This document shows, one piece after another, positions 48,806-57,141 of a stretch of 64,000 nt of DNA. The notes beneath the pieces were generated by a model. The model saw only the letters and a list, made by a program, of their open reading frames with translations, had not been told where the DNA came from and searched no databases. Position 1 is the stretch's first letter. Each line of letters opens with the position of its first letter. A program made the translations under genes and the position numbers. Source of the stretch: Candidatus Altimarinota bacterium (GTDB taxonomy: Bacteria > Patescibacteriota > Gracilibacteria > CAIRYL01 > GCA-016699755); NCBI GenBank assembly GCA_963664295.1, contig OY760935.1, positions 448,001 to 512,000 of the forward strand, in the 5' to 3' direction.

Positions 48806-50365
48806 TTATTGATTAGTAGCAAAGCCATTTAGTTTTTTCTTTTCCATTTTTGGGGTGACATTAAATTCTAATTTCTTCCCAGATGCTAAAATAGTTTGAG
48901 CTGTTAAAGAAGGCAAAGAGCCAAAAAACAAAGTCACCACCGGCAAAAGAAGCCATTGAAACAAAAGAGTAAACTTCTGAATTTTTCTTGGCGGAGGTGG
49001 CAAAGTTAAAAAACAAACCAACATAGCCACGAATAAGCCAAGTAAGGCAAAAGTGAAAAAATGTCCTATTAAATAAGCTGAATTTTCTGCAAAAACAGTT
49101 TCTCGAAAATTGGCATTAATAAGTCTTGGCACAGGGGTAGTTAAAGTAATAAGAATTGGTGCTGTTGCCCACATAAAATGAGACTCACACAAAATCCAAG
49201 CACGCCAAAGAGTATACCAAAAAGGTAGTTTTTTCTTATCTTTCCACCAATTTAAAAAAACAAAAGGAATATCGCTCGACCCCCACGCCCAACGCCTAAG
49301 CTGTAAAAACTGACCTTTTAAGCTTTTCCAAAGAGTCTCCTGTTGCATTGCATCTTGATAAACCGGAATAAAAACCGGAACTACCTTGTAATCACCTTGA
49401 AAATGAAAATAAGAACGCCAGTATTGGTGTCCATCTTCTACTATTGTTTTTGTTGACCAAAAATCCATTTCCGCCAAAGCATCAAGAGGTTGAGAATGAG
49501 TAGCAAAATTGCGCACAATATCAGGTCGAACATTAACGATCATGTGCCAAAATCCACTTGCAATAGAAACAAGCCTGTTCATCATTGGCACTTCCCAGAT
49601 ATTGTTAAAGAAAAAAGAAATTGGCTGAAATGATTTATGTTTACGCTTTTTTGCAAGACAATAATTATAAGTCATTGCATTAAAATAATTTTGATGCACG
49701 CAATTATCTGCATCAAGAGTAGTGACTAGCACTTTTTCAAACTTAAGCCCTTCTGCTTGCAAAATTTTTGAAACCTCTCTGCCTGCATGGGTTATATTTC
49801 CACCTTTTCCACGAACCTCACCTGCTATGCCATCTGGGTGTTCTGTATGAAAAATACGCCCAAAAACATCACCATATTGTTCTTTTATTATTTTAGCATG
49901 CTCTAAGCCCCTATCATGATCTCGTTCTTCGGTAGCTAAACATAAATAAATATTTTTTTTATTATAATTAGCATTAGCAACTGAGTTAATAGATTGCTTT
50001 AAAACCTCTAATGGCTCTTTGTAAGTTGCCACCACAACAAGATGGATTAATTCCGAAGGATAAATAAAATCATTGTTATTAACTAATTTTTCTCTTTTTA
50101 ATTGATCTTTTCTTGGTAAATTTACACCTTGCTCCAAGTTATCTATTTTTTTAAACCAATTAATATTCTGACTTCTTTTGTATTTCAAAAAAGAATAAAG
50201 CAAAAACCCCATAAACTCCATTGCTCTCACAAACCACATAGCAGAAAAAGCAACTATAAAAATCGCCACCACCATAGGATATTTAAAAGAAAGCACAACC
50301 GGTAAGATGATTGCTCCCCATGAAAAAAAAGCCGGCATTATTTCCAAAATTCTTCTTACTAACAT
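48806..50365 (-). CDS. Membrane GT2-family glycosyltransferase
   Basis: ATYKE, GKGGN, TLDAD, IVEDG, QLRRWAWG; flanking TM helices. Confidence 0.88.
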   Translation of the reverse strand: MLVRRILEIMPAFFSWGAIILPVVLSFKYPMVVAIFIVAFSAMWFVRAMEFMGFLLYSFLKYKRSQNINWFKKIDNLEQGVNLPRKDQLKREKLVNNNDFIYPSELIHLVVVATYKEPLEVLKQSINSVANANYNKKNIYLCLATEERDHDRGLEHAKIIKEQYGDVFGRIFHTEHPDGIAGEVRGKGGNITHAGREVSKILQAEGLKFEKVLVTTLDADNCVHQNYFNAMTYNYCLAKKRKHKSFQPISFFFNNIWEVPMMNRLVSIASGFWHMIVNVRPDIVRNFATHSQPLDALAEMDFWSTKTIVEDGHQYWRSYFHFQGDYKVVPVFIPVYQDAMQQETLWKSLKGQFLQLRRWAWGSSDIPFVFLNWWKDKKKLPFWYTLWRAWILCESHFMWATAPILITLTTPVPRLINANFRETVFAENSAYLIGHFFTFALLGLFVAMLVCFLTLPPPPRKIQKFTLLFQWLLLPVVTLFFGSLPSLTAQTILASGKKLEFNVTPKMEKKKLNGFATNQ

Positions 50366-50367
50366 TC

Positions 50368-50589
50368 TTATAAAGCTTTAATTAAAAAATAAAAAGAAAA
50401 AACAATTAAAAAAGTGGAAACAGAAACAACAGAGGCAGTAGTATAAAAAACTCGAGGACTTAAGCTACGCACTTCAAAACTACGTTTTACGCACAAAATG
50501 GCAATAACAATATAAGCAACTAAGGCAATGCCAAATAAAATAATCAATAATATATTCATAGCTAATTTTCTTGGCTTAGATTTTGACAT
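50368..50589 (-). CDS. small 2-TM hypothetical protein
   Basis: Abuts the GT2 gene; two hydrophobic segments; start uncertain. Confidence 0.55.
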   Translation of the reverse strand: MSKSKPRKLAMNILLIILFGIALVAYIVIAILCVKRSFEVRSLSPRVFYTTASVVSVSTFLIVFSFYFLIKAL

Positions 50590-50611
50590 ATTTTTTATCA
50601 AAAAGCAAAAC

Positions 50612-50640
50612 TTGACTTTTTTTCTGCAAAGGTCCATAAT
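50612..50640 (+). promoter_or_regulatory. sigma70-like promoter of the thrS leader
   Basis: TTGACT-17-CATAAT immediately before the T-box stem I. Confidence 0.6.
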
Positions 50641-50647
50641 TTTTACG

Positions 50648-50822
50648 AAAGGACATGATTTTTAAGAAAGCGTTTAAGAGAGAATTGAGGTCGTGGCTGA
50701 AAACCTCAAAAATAGCGCTTAAAAATTACCACCTTTGACAAAAATTCGACTAAATCAACCTAAAACGAGTGTTTGGCACTAGCCAAGAAGTTGGGTGGAA
50801 CCGCCCCTAAAGGGTCCCAACA
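50648..50822 (+). promoter_or_regulatory. T-box riboswitch (Thr, specifier ACC)
   Basis: AGAGA and GGCTGAAA stem-I motifs, ACC at 50728-50730, T-box AAGTTGGGTGGAACCGC, antiterminator 3' strand GTCCCAAC; upstream of thrS. Confidence 0.88.
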
Positions 50823-50861
50823 AAAAAACCTCGTTATTTTTATAAATTTTATAATAAAACC

Positions 50862-52595
50862 ATGAAAAAAGATGAAAGACTGGAAAAAATCCGGCACTCC
50901 GCCTCCCATGTATTAGCAATGGCGGTTTTAGAAATGTTTCCAGAAGCAAAGTTAGGCACGGGCCCTGCTATAGATAATGGTTTTTATTATGATTTTGAGC
51001 TTCCTCGTCCGCTTATCCCTGATGATCTTCCTATTCTTCAGAAAAAAATGACAACAATCAAACAAGCCAAAATCCCATTTGAGCACTACACAGAAAAAAT
51101 TGACGATGCAATTAAGTTTTATGAAAAAATTGACCAAGCTTATAAATTGGAACTAATTAAAGACCTTAAGGAAAAAGGTGAAAAAGAAGTTTCTTTTTAC
51201 AAAAATGGTGATGCTTTTGTTGATGTTTGTGCTGGCCCTCACGTTGAACACACTGGCGAAATTGGCGCTTTTAAACTCACTAAAATTGCTGGTTCTTATT
51301 GGCGTGGTGACGCAGAAAACACAATGCTAACTCGTATTTATGGTCTTGGTTTTGAAAATGACAAAGACCTTAGAAAATATGAAAAATTTCTTGAAGAAGC
51401 CAAAAAGAGAGATCATCGAGAAATTGGTAAAAAAATGGATCTATTTTCATTCCATGAAGAAGGAGCTGGTTTTCCATTTTGGCACAAAAATGGCATGATT
51501 GTGCGCAATGAATTGATTGATTACTGGCGCGAAATTCATAAAAGAGAAAACTATGAAGAAATTTCCACTCCAATAATTCTTAATGAGCAACTTTGGCATC
51601 AATCTGGTCATTGGGATAATTACAAAGAAAATATGTACTTCACTCAGATTGATGAACAAAACTTTGCAGTAAAACCAATGAACTGCCCTGGAGGTATGCT
51701 TGTTTACAAGGAAAAATCTCACTCATATCGAGAATTACCTTTAAGAGCTGGCGAGCTTGGATTAGTACACAGACACGAACTTTCCGGTGTTTTGCATGGA
51801 CTATTCCGTGTTCGTGCTTTCACTCAAGACGATGCACATATTTTCTGTACTGAAGAGCAAATGGAAGACGAAATTCTTGGTGTAGTTAATTTAATTGATG
51901 AAGTTTATTCAAAATTTGGATTTCCTTATCATATTGAGCTTTCAACTAGACCTGCAAAATCCATTGGCTCTGAAGAAATGTGGGAATTAGCAGAAAAAAC
52001 TTTACTCAATGTTCTCAAAAAATCAGGTAGAGATTATCAAATAAACGAAGGTGATGGTGCTTTTTATGGACCAAAACTAGATTTTCATATCAAAGATTGC
52101 CTTAATAGAACATGGCAATGTGCAACTGTGCAACTTGATTTTTCTATGCCTATGCGTTTTGAGCTTGAATACACTGGTGCAGATGGTGAAAAACACCGCC
52201 CAGTTATGCTCCATAGAGTAATTTTTGGTAGTATTGAGCGCTTTATTGGCATTCTCATTGAGCACACTGAAGGACTTTTACCGTTTTGGTTAGCCCCTGT
52301 ACAAGCTGTTTTAGTTCCTGTGAACGACGCTCAAATGAAATACGCAGAAGAAATAATGGAAAAAATGAAAAAAGAAAATATGCGTGTTGAGATCTGGACT
52401 CCAGAAAACTCTCTTGGCAAAAGAATTAGACAAGCGGAAATAAACCGCATTCCACAAATTTTAATTATTGGCGACAAGGAAGTGGAAAACAATTCTCTTA
52501 CAATCCGCAAGCCAAAAGAAAAACAACAAGAAAACATGGGAGCCAATGATTATATCAAAAAAATAACTGAAAAAATCAACAAAAGAGAAAGTTAA
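50862..52595 (+). CDS. thrS: Threonyl-tRNA synthetase
   Basis: RHSASHVLA, GFYYDF, RDHR, KPMNCP, RVRAFTQDDAH, GAFYGPK, GSIERF. Confidence 0.98.
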   Translation: MKKDERLEKIRHSASHVLAMAVLEMFPEAKLGTGPAIDNGFYYDFELPRPLIPDDLPILQKKMTTIKQAKIPFEHYTEKIDDAIKFYEKIDQAYKLELIKDLKEKGEKEVSFYKNGDAFVDVCAGPHVEHTGEIGAFKLTKIAGSYWRGDAENTMLTRIYGLGFENDKDLRKYEKFLEEAKKRDHREIGKKMDLFSFHEEGAGFPFWHKNGMIVRNELIDYWREIHKRENYEEISTPIILNEQLWHQSGHWDNYKENMYFTQIDEQNFAVKPMNCPGGMLVYKEKSHSYRELPLRAGELGLVHRHELSGVLHGLFRVRAFTQDDAHIFCTEEQMEDEILGVVNLIDEVYSKFGFPYHIELSTRPAKSIGSEEMWELAEKTLLNVLKKSGRDYQINEGDGAFYGPKLDFHIKDCLNRTWQCATVQLDFSMPMRFELEYTGADGEKHRPVMLHRVIFGSIERFIGILIEHTEGLLPFWLAPVQAVLVPVNDAQMKYAEEIMEKMKKENMRVEIWTPENSLGKRIRQAEINRIPQILIIGDKEVENNSLTIRKPKEKQQENMGANDYIKKITEKINKRES

Positions 52596-52613
52596 TATTA
52601 TACTTTGTAAACA

Positions 52614-52647
52614 AAAAAAGACCTGATACTCAATATCAGGTCTTTTT
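52614..52647. terminator. Bidirectional intrinsic terminator
   Basis: AAAAAGACCTGATA-CTCAA-TATCAGGTCTTTTT between convergent genes. Confidence 0.85.
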
Positions 52648-52670
52648 AATTACTTAATTTAAACTGAACC

Positions 52671-53144
52671 TTAACCCAAACTTCCTCCACTAGGACTGCT
52701 TGAATCAGTTAATCTATCAACAATTGCTCCCATCATTTGAGTAATTTTACTCCAGCTAATATAAGAAACTAAGTCAAAATTAAATATACTTCCTAAAATT
52801 GCAATAATAGTCACAGCAAAAATGGTTACGATAAGACCAATAATAGCATAACGAATAGTATGAACAGCTTGTTTTACTTTATCTTCCTGTCCACCAGAAA
52901 GAATAAAAGAAATACCTCCAACAAAAATATAAAAAACAGAAAGACCAGCCGCTATAATAATAGCTAAAGCAACAAAAAGATTAGCAACATCAACAAAAGT
53001 AAAACCTTGCTCACTTGCAGTAAGAACAGCATTTGTGCCACTACCAGGAGCTACTGTTGTAGTTGTTTCACCGCTAATGTCTGTTGCACTTGTGCCTTGC
53101 AAACCAAAGCTAGTGCTATTGGAAGTATTTGTGTTTTCATCCAT
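52671..53144 (-). CDS. VirB2/TrbC-like pilin
   Basis: IFVGGISFILSGGQEDKVKQAVHTIRYAIIGLIV; Ser/Thr-rich N-terminus. Confidence 0.82.
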   Translation of the reverse strand: MDENTNTSNSTSFGLQGTSATDISGETTTTVAPGSGTNAVLTASEQGFTFVDVANLFVALAIIIAAGLSVFYIFVGGISFILSGGQEDKVKQAVHTIRYAIIGLIVTIFAVTIIAILGSIFNFDLVSYISWSKITQMMGAIVDRLTDSSSPSGGSLG

Positions 53145-53403
53145 CTTGTGAGGGTTCTAAAATTTTTAAATTAACTTGTTGATCTGTTTTAGCTCCCATT
53201 GCTCGCAAAAGGACGCGAACAGATTTTACAGTTTTTCCTCCTTTGCCAATAAATCTACCCATTTCTTCTTCTGGCAATAAAAGCTCAAAAAAGACTCCCC
53301 TATCATCAATTTTGCCTTTTAAATCAGCTTCGTCAGGATTATTTAAAATCCCACTTAAAATGAACTTTAAAAATTCTTCAAATTTTTTAATATCCTCACT
53401 CAT
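53137..53403 (-). CDS. khpA: KH-domain RNA-binding protein
   Basis: MGRFIGKGGKTVKSVR; directly downstream of rpsP. Confidence 0.88.
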   Translation of the reverse strand: MSEDIKKFEEFLKFILSGILNNPDEADLKGKIDDRGVFFELLLPEEEMGRFIGKGGKTVKSVRVLLRAMGAKTDQQVNLKILEPSQDG

Positions 53404-53419
53404 ATTTTATTAAAAATTA

Positions 53420-54034
53420 TTATTTTTCCTCTGTTTTTTCTTCCTCTTTTGCTTCTTCTGCTGGAGCCTCTGCTTTTTCTTCAGCAGGTTTATCCTCTAC
53501 TTTTTCTTCTTCTGCTGGGGCTTCTGTTGCTTCCTCAGCCGAAACTTCTTCAGCTGGCTCTTCTTTCTTTTCTTCTTCAGCAGGTTTTTCTTCTGCTTTT
53601 TCTTCTTTTACTTCCTCAGTAGGAGCTTCTTCGGCTTTTACTTCTTCTGTTGCGCCTTCTGGCTCAGCTGGAGCTTCTGTTGTAGCAACTTCTTCGGCTG
53701 GAGCCTCTGCTTTTTCTTCTTCTGCTTTTTTAGCAGCTTCTTCAGCTTCTCTTTCAGCTTTTGTAGGTTTCATTTGTCTTTCTTCAATGTATTTTTCACA
53801 TTCAGAAATGCCATTTTTTGCGCATAATCTTGCCACTCTATCAGTTGGCAAAGCGCCTTTTGAAATCCAATATGAAATTCTTTCATTTTTTAATGAAATC
53901 TCTTTTGTATTAGGATTAAAATAGCCTAAAATTTCAACAAATCTTCCTTGTACAGGTTTTGAATGTTCGGCAACAACAAGTCTAAAAAATGGTGCTTTTC
54001 GTCTGCCTTGTCTTTGAAATCTGATTCTTAACAT
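53420..54034 (-). CDS. rpsP: 30S ribosomal protein S16 with a long acidic tail
   Basis: MLRIRFQRQGRRKAPFFRLVV..GRFVEILGYFNP..GALPTDRV; E/A/K/P-rich C-terminus. Confidence 0.95.
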   Translation of the reverse strand: MLRIRFQRQGRRKAPFFRLVVAEHSKPVQGRFVEILGYFNPNTKEISLKNERISYWISKGALPTDRVARLCAKNGISECEKYIEERQMKPTKAEREAEEAAKKAEEEKAEAPAEEVATTEAPAEPEGATEEVKAEEAPTEEVKEEKAEEKPAEEEKKEEPAEEVSAEEATEAPAEEEKVEDKPAEEKAEAPAEEAKEEEKTEEK

Positions 54035-54100
54035 ATTTGCTTTAAAAACTAAAATCAAAGCCTATTCTGCTCAAAAAGTCTTGAAAAGTCAATAAAAAAC

Positions 54101-54394
54101 TTAACCTGCCTTAACCACAATGTCATTTATTTTTATGTCCTGCAGGTTTTCATGTAAAAAACCTAATATATCTTGTTTTTTCATATGTATTTGATGAGCC
54201 CAAACAGGAGAAACAACTCTGATATATAAAGTTGCTTTCTTGAAAACAATACCTAAAACAACTTGATTATAGTTATCTTGCCAATTTGCTTGAAAAAATC
54301 TGCGAAAATGCTCAATAACCAAAGAAGACTTGGCAGAATCACCAAGTCCATACTTGTTTAATACTTTTGGCAAAATGTCGCTTAATCGCTTCAT
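54101..54394 (-). CDS. DUF721/DciA-family protein
   Basis: LSDILPKVL...TLYIRVVSPVWAHQIHMKK..IL. Confidence 0.75.
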   Translation of the reverse strand: MKRLSDILPKVLNKYGLGDSAKSSLVIEHFRRFFQANWQDNYNQVVLGIVFKKATLYIRVVSPVWAHQIHMKKQDILGFLHENLQDIKINDIVVKAG

Positions 54395-54954
54395 TCTTGA
54401 ATTCTTTGAAGAAATTTCTTTTCTCTTGTGTCTACTTTTATTTTATCGCCTTCTGATACAAACAATGGCACTTGCACAATTATACCGTTATCGAGAGTGG
54501 CTGGTTTTGTGCCACCTTGTGCTGTGTCACCTTTGACCCCTGGAGGAGTTTCTATAACAGCAAAAACCATAGACACAGGCAATTGAACAGAAATAGGATT
54601 GTTTTCAAAATGCTGAATATCATAAGTTTCCCCTTCTACTAAAAATGGCACTTCTTCTTCTAAATTTTCTGTTGGAATTGCAAATTGCTCATAATCATCT
54701 TCACGCATAAAATTTTGAGATTCATTGTCGCCAAAAAGAAATTGTGCCTTAAAATAACCCACATCCGCAGGTTCTAGCTTTTCATTTCCTTGAAAAGTTT
54801 TTGGCAAACTTGCTCCTGTTTTAAGGTTTTTTACAGTTGTTTTTAAGACTCCACCTCCTCTTGCTTGCTTTGAGTGAATTGCCTTAATTACTAAATATGG
54901 CTCACCATCTAAAACAACTGTGTGTCCTGGTCGAACTTCTCCTATAGATAACAT
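54391..54954 (-). CDS. efp: Elongation factor P
   Basis: KNLKTG, TPPGVKGDTA, KPATLDNG, VPLFV, VDTR. Confidence 0.96.
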   Translation of the reverse strand: MLSIGEVRPGHTVVLDGEPYLVIKAIHSKQARGGGVLKTTVKNLKTGASLPKTFQGNEKLEPADVGYFKAQFLFGDNESQNFMREDDYEQFAIPTENLEEEVPFLVEGETYDIQHFENNPISVQLPVSMVFAVIETPPGVKGDTAQGGTKPATLDNGIIVQVPLFVSEGDKIKVDTREKKFLQRIQE

Positions 54955-55304
54955 AAGTAAATATTTAAAACTTCAAAAAAAATCTTGCCACAAGAAAAAA
55001 GAAAATTCAACCAGAGATTGCCACTTGATTTTTATAATGATGATTAAATTAAAATCTTTTTCTTTCGCCATTTATAATTTTATTTCCTTTTTGGCTGCAA
55101 AAAGGAAAAATAAAAAAATCAAACCCAACTCATTCAGGAGTCTTTTTTGGGCACAAAAAAAGAAATGGAAACAGTTAATAATATTTCATTCCTATAAAAC
55201 TACTATTCAAAAAATATAAAAATTGAATTTATTAAGCAGATCAAACTTTGCATTTTTGCCACTTGATTTTTATAAAAATCTTGTGCAAAATATAAACACA
55301 TAAA

Positions 55305-55482
55305 TCCAAGGAAAATAATTTGTGAAGTTGGAATAATAATAATTTTACTGAAAAACTTAAAATAATGACTTTTTTACATAGCAAACAAAGTAAAAATTTA
55401 GATCAAATTAAAAAAATATAGATCAAAGACAGTTTTTTCTGTGTAAAAATTAAACTTCAAAAAACAAATTTTTATCCTTGGA
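55305..55482 (+). ncRNA. Candidate 6S RNA-like long imperfect hairpin
   Basis: Nested complementary blocks TCCAAGGA/TCCTTGGA, AATTTGT/ACAAATT, GAAGTT/AACTTC, TTTTAC/GTAAAA, AAAAACT/AGTTTTT; 178 nt; promoter-like TTGATT-17-CAAAAT upstream; directly 5' of rny. Confidence 0.5.
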
Positions 55483-55513
55483 AAATATAATTTTCCAAAT
55501 TTTTTAACGCACT

Positions 55514-57064
55514 ATGGAACCTATGCAACTTATCATTGGGATCGCAATTGGTTTAATGGTAGGAATTGGTGCAGGCTACTTTTTTAAACGAGAGGACATT
55601 AGAAAGAAAAGCCTAGAACTTGAAGCTGAAAACGAAAGAAAAATTCGCCGTGCAGAGCAAAAAATTCATGAAAACGAAAAAAAAGCTCAAGACATCATCA
55701 ATTCTGCCAAGGATAAATCCCATGACATTGTTTCAAAAGCAAAAGACGAAGCACATCAATTTAGAAAAGATATCGAAAAAGATGCTGTTCGCATTGAACA
55801 AGAACAAAAAAACCTCAAAGAAAAAACCAAAGAAATCGAAAAACAAGCCCAAACAATTGACAAAGAAAAAGCAGAAATCACAGAAATGAAAGAAGAACTT
55901 ACCCTCACAATTGAAGAAGAAAAATCAAAGCTAGAAAAAATAGCTAAATTAAAACAATCCGAGGCAAAAGACCTTCTTTTAAAATTAGTTGAAAAAACTC
56001 ACGAACAAGACATTCTCGAAAAAATGCGCAGAGCAGAAGAAAATTTAAAAGAAACTCTTGATGACAAAGCAAAAAACACAATTGTCCAAGCTATTCAAAA
56101 AATCGCCTCTGATGTGACAGCAGAGTCTACTGTCACTGCTGTTTCAATTCCAAATGATGAAATGAAAGGACGCATTATTGGTCGTGAAGGTCGTAATATC
56201 AACACATTTGAAAGAGTGACTGGTACTGATGTGATTGTTGATGACACTCCTGGTGTTATTACTATTTCCGGCTATGATCTTCTTCGCAGATTTATTGCAA
56301 AAAGGTCTCTTGAAAAACTAATTGAAGACGGAAGAATTCACCCTGCTCGCATAGAAGAAGTTGTCAAAAAAACAACCGATGAAATTGATAAAATGGTCAA
56401 AGAATTTGGTGAACAAGCTGTATTTGAGACTGGGGTCACTGGCCTTCCTTCTGAGATTGTTAAAATCCTTGGTCGTCTTCGCTTCCGCACTTCATATGGT
56501 CAAAATGTACTTAAGCATGCTATCGAAGTATCTTTCTTGTCCGAAGCTATTGCTAACGAAGTTGGTGCTGATCCTGAATTAGCAAAAAAAGCCGGCTTGC
56601 TTCACGACATTGGTAAAGCAGTAAGCCAAGAAGTTGGCGGAAAACATGCTCTTCTTTCTGGCGAAATCTGCAGAAAATTCAAATTAAATGAAAAAATAAT
56701 CAATGCAGTTGAAGCCCACCATGAAGACAAAGATATGGAAAGCCCAGAAGCATTTATTATTGCTGCTGCTGATGCGATTTCCGCTTCTCGCCCAGGTGCT
56801 AGAAAAGAAACTCTCAACGCCTTTATTAAACGCATGAAAGACCTTGAAGAAATAGGTTGTTCATTTGAAGGAGTTGAAAAATGTTTTGCTATTCAAGCTG
56901 GTCGCGAAATCCGCATTATTGTTGACCCTGAAAAAATATCTGATCTTGATGCCAAAAAACTTTCCTGGGATATTGCTCGCAAAATCGAAAGTGATATGAC
57001 TTATCCAGGCGAAATTAAAGTCTTGGTTATGAGAGAATTAAGAAACGAAGAAATAGCCAGATAA
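55514..57064 (+). CDS. rny: Ribonuclease Y
   Basis: N-terminal TM, coiled coil, KGRIIGREGRNI (KH), RTSYGQNVL, LLHDIGKA (HD), AIQAGREIR. Confidence 0.98.
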   Translation: MEPMQLIIGIAIGLMVGIGAGYFFKREDIRKKSLELEAENERKIRRAEQKIHENEKKAQDIINSAKDKSHDIVSKAKDEAHQFRKDIEKDAVRIEQEQKNLKEKTKEIEKQAQTIDKEKAEITEMKEELTLTIEEEKSKLEKIAKLKQSEAKDLLLKLVEKTHEQDILEKMRRAEENLKETLDDKAKNTIVQAIQKIASDVTAESTVTAVSIPNDEMKGRIIGREGRNINTFERVTGTDVIVDDTPGVITISGYDLLRRFIAKRSLEKLIEDGRIHPARIEEVVKKTTDEIDKMVKEFGEQAVFETGVTGLPSEIVKILGRLRFRTSYGQNVLKHAIEVSFLSEAIANEVGADPELAKKAGLLHDIGKAVSQEVGGKHALLSGEICRKFKLNEKIINAVEAHHEDKDMESPEAFIIAAADAISASRPGARKETLNAFIKRMKDLEEIGCSFEGVEKCFAIQAGREIRIIVDPEKISDLDAKKLSWDIARKIESDMTYPGEIKVLVMRELRNEEIAR

Positions 57065-57093
57065 TAAAATTGCTCATAAGCAAATGGTCTTGT

Positions 57094-57124
57094 AAAATAG
57101 TGGTAAATTTTTGCCACTATTTTT
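57094..57124 (+). terminator. Putative intrinsic terminator after rny
   Basis: AAAATAGTGGTAAA..TTTGCCACTATTTTT. Confidence 0.65.
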
Positions 57125-57141
57125 AATTTAAAAAAATAAAT

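Noticed and set aside
54920-55219. 99-aa plus-strand ORF
   Set aside because: Overlaps the efp start, has low-complexity A/T-driven composition and no motif
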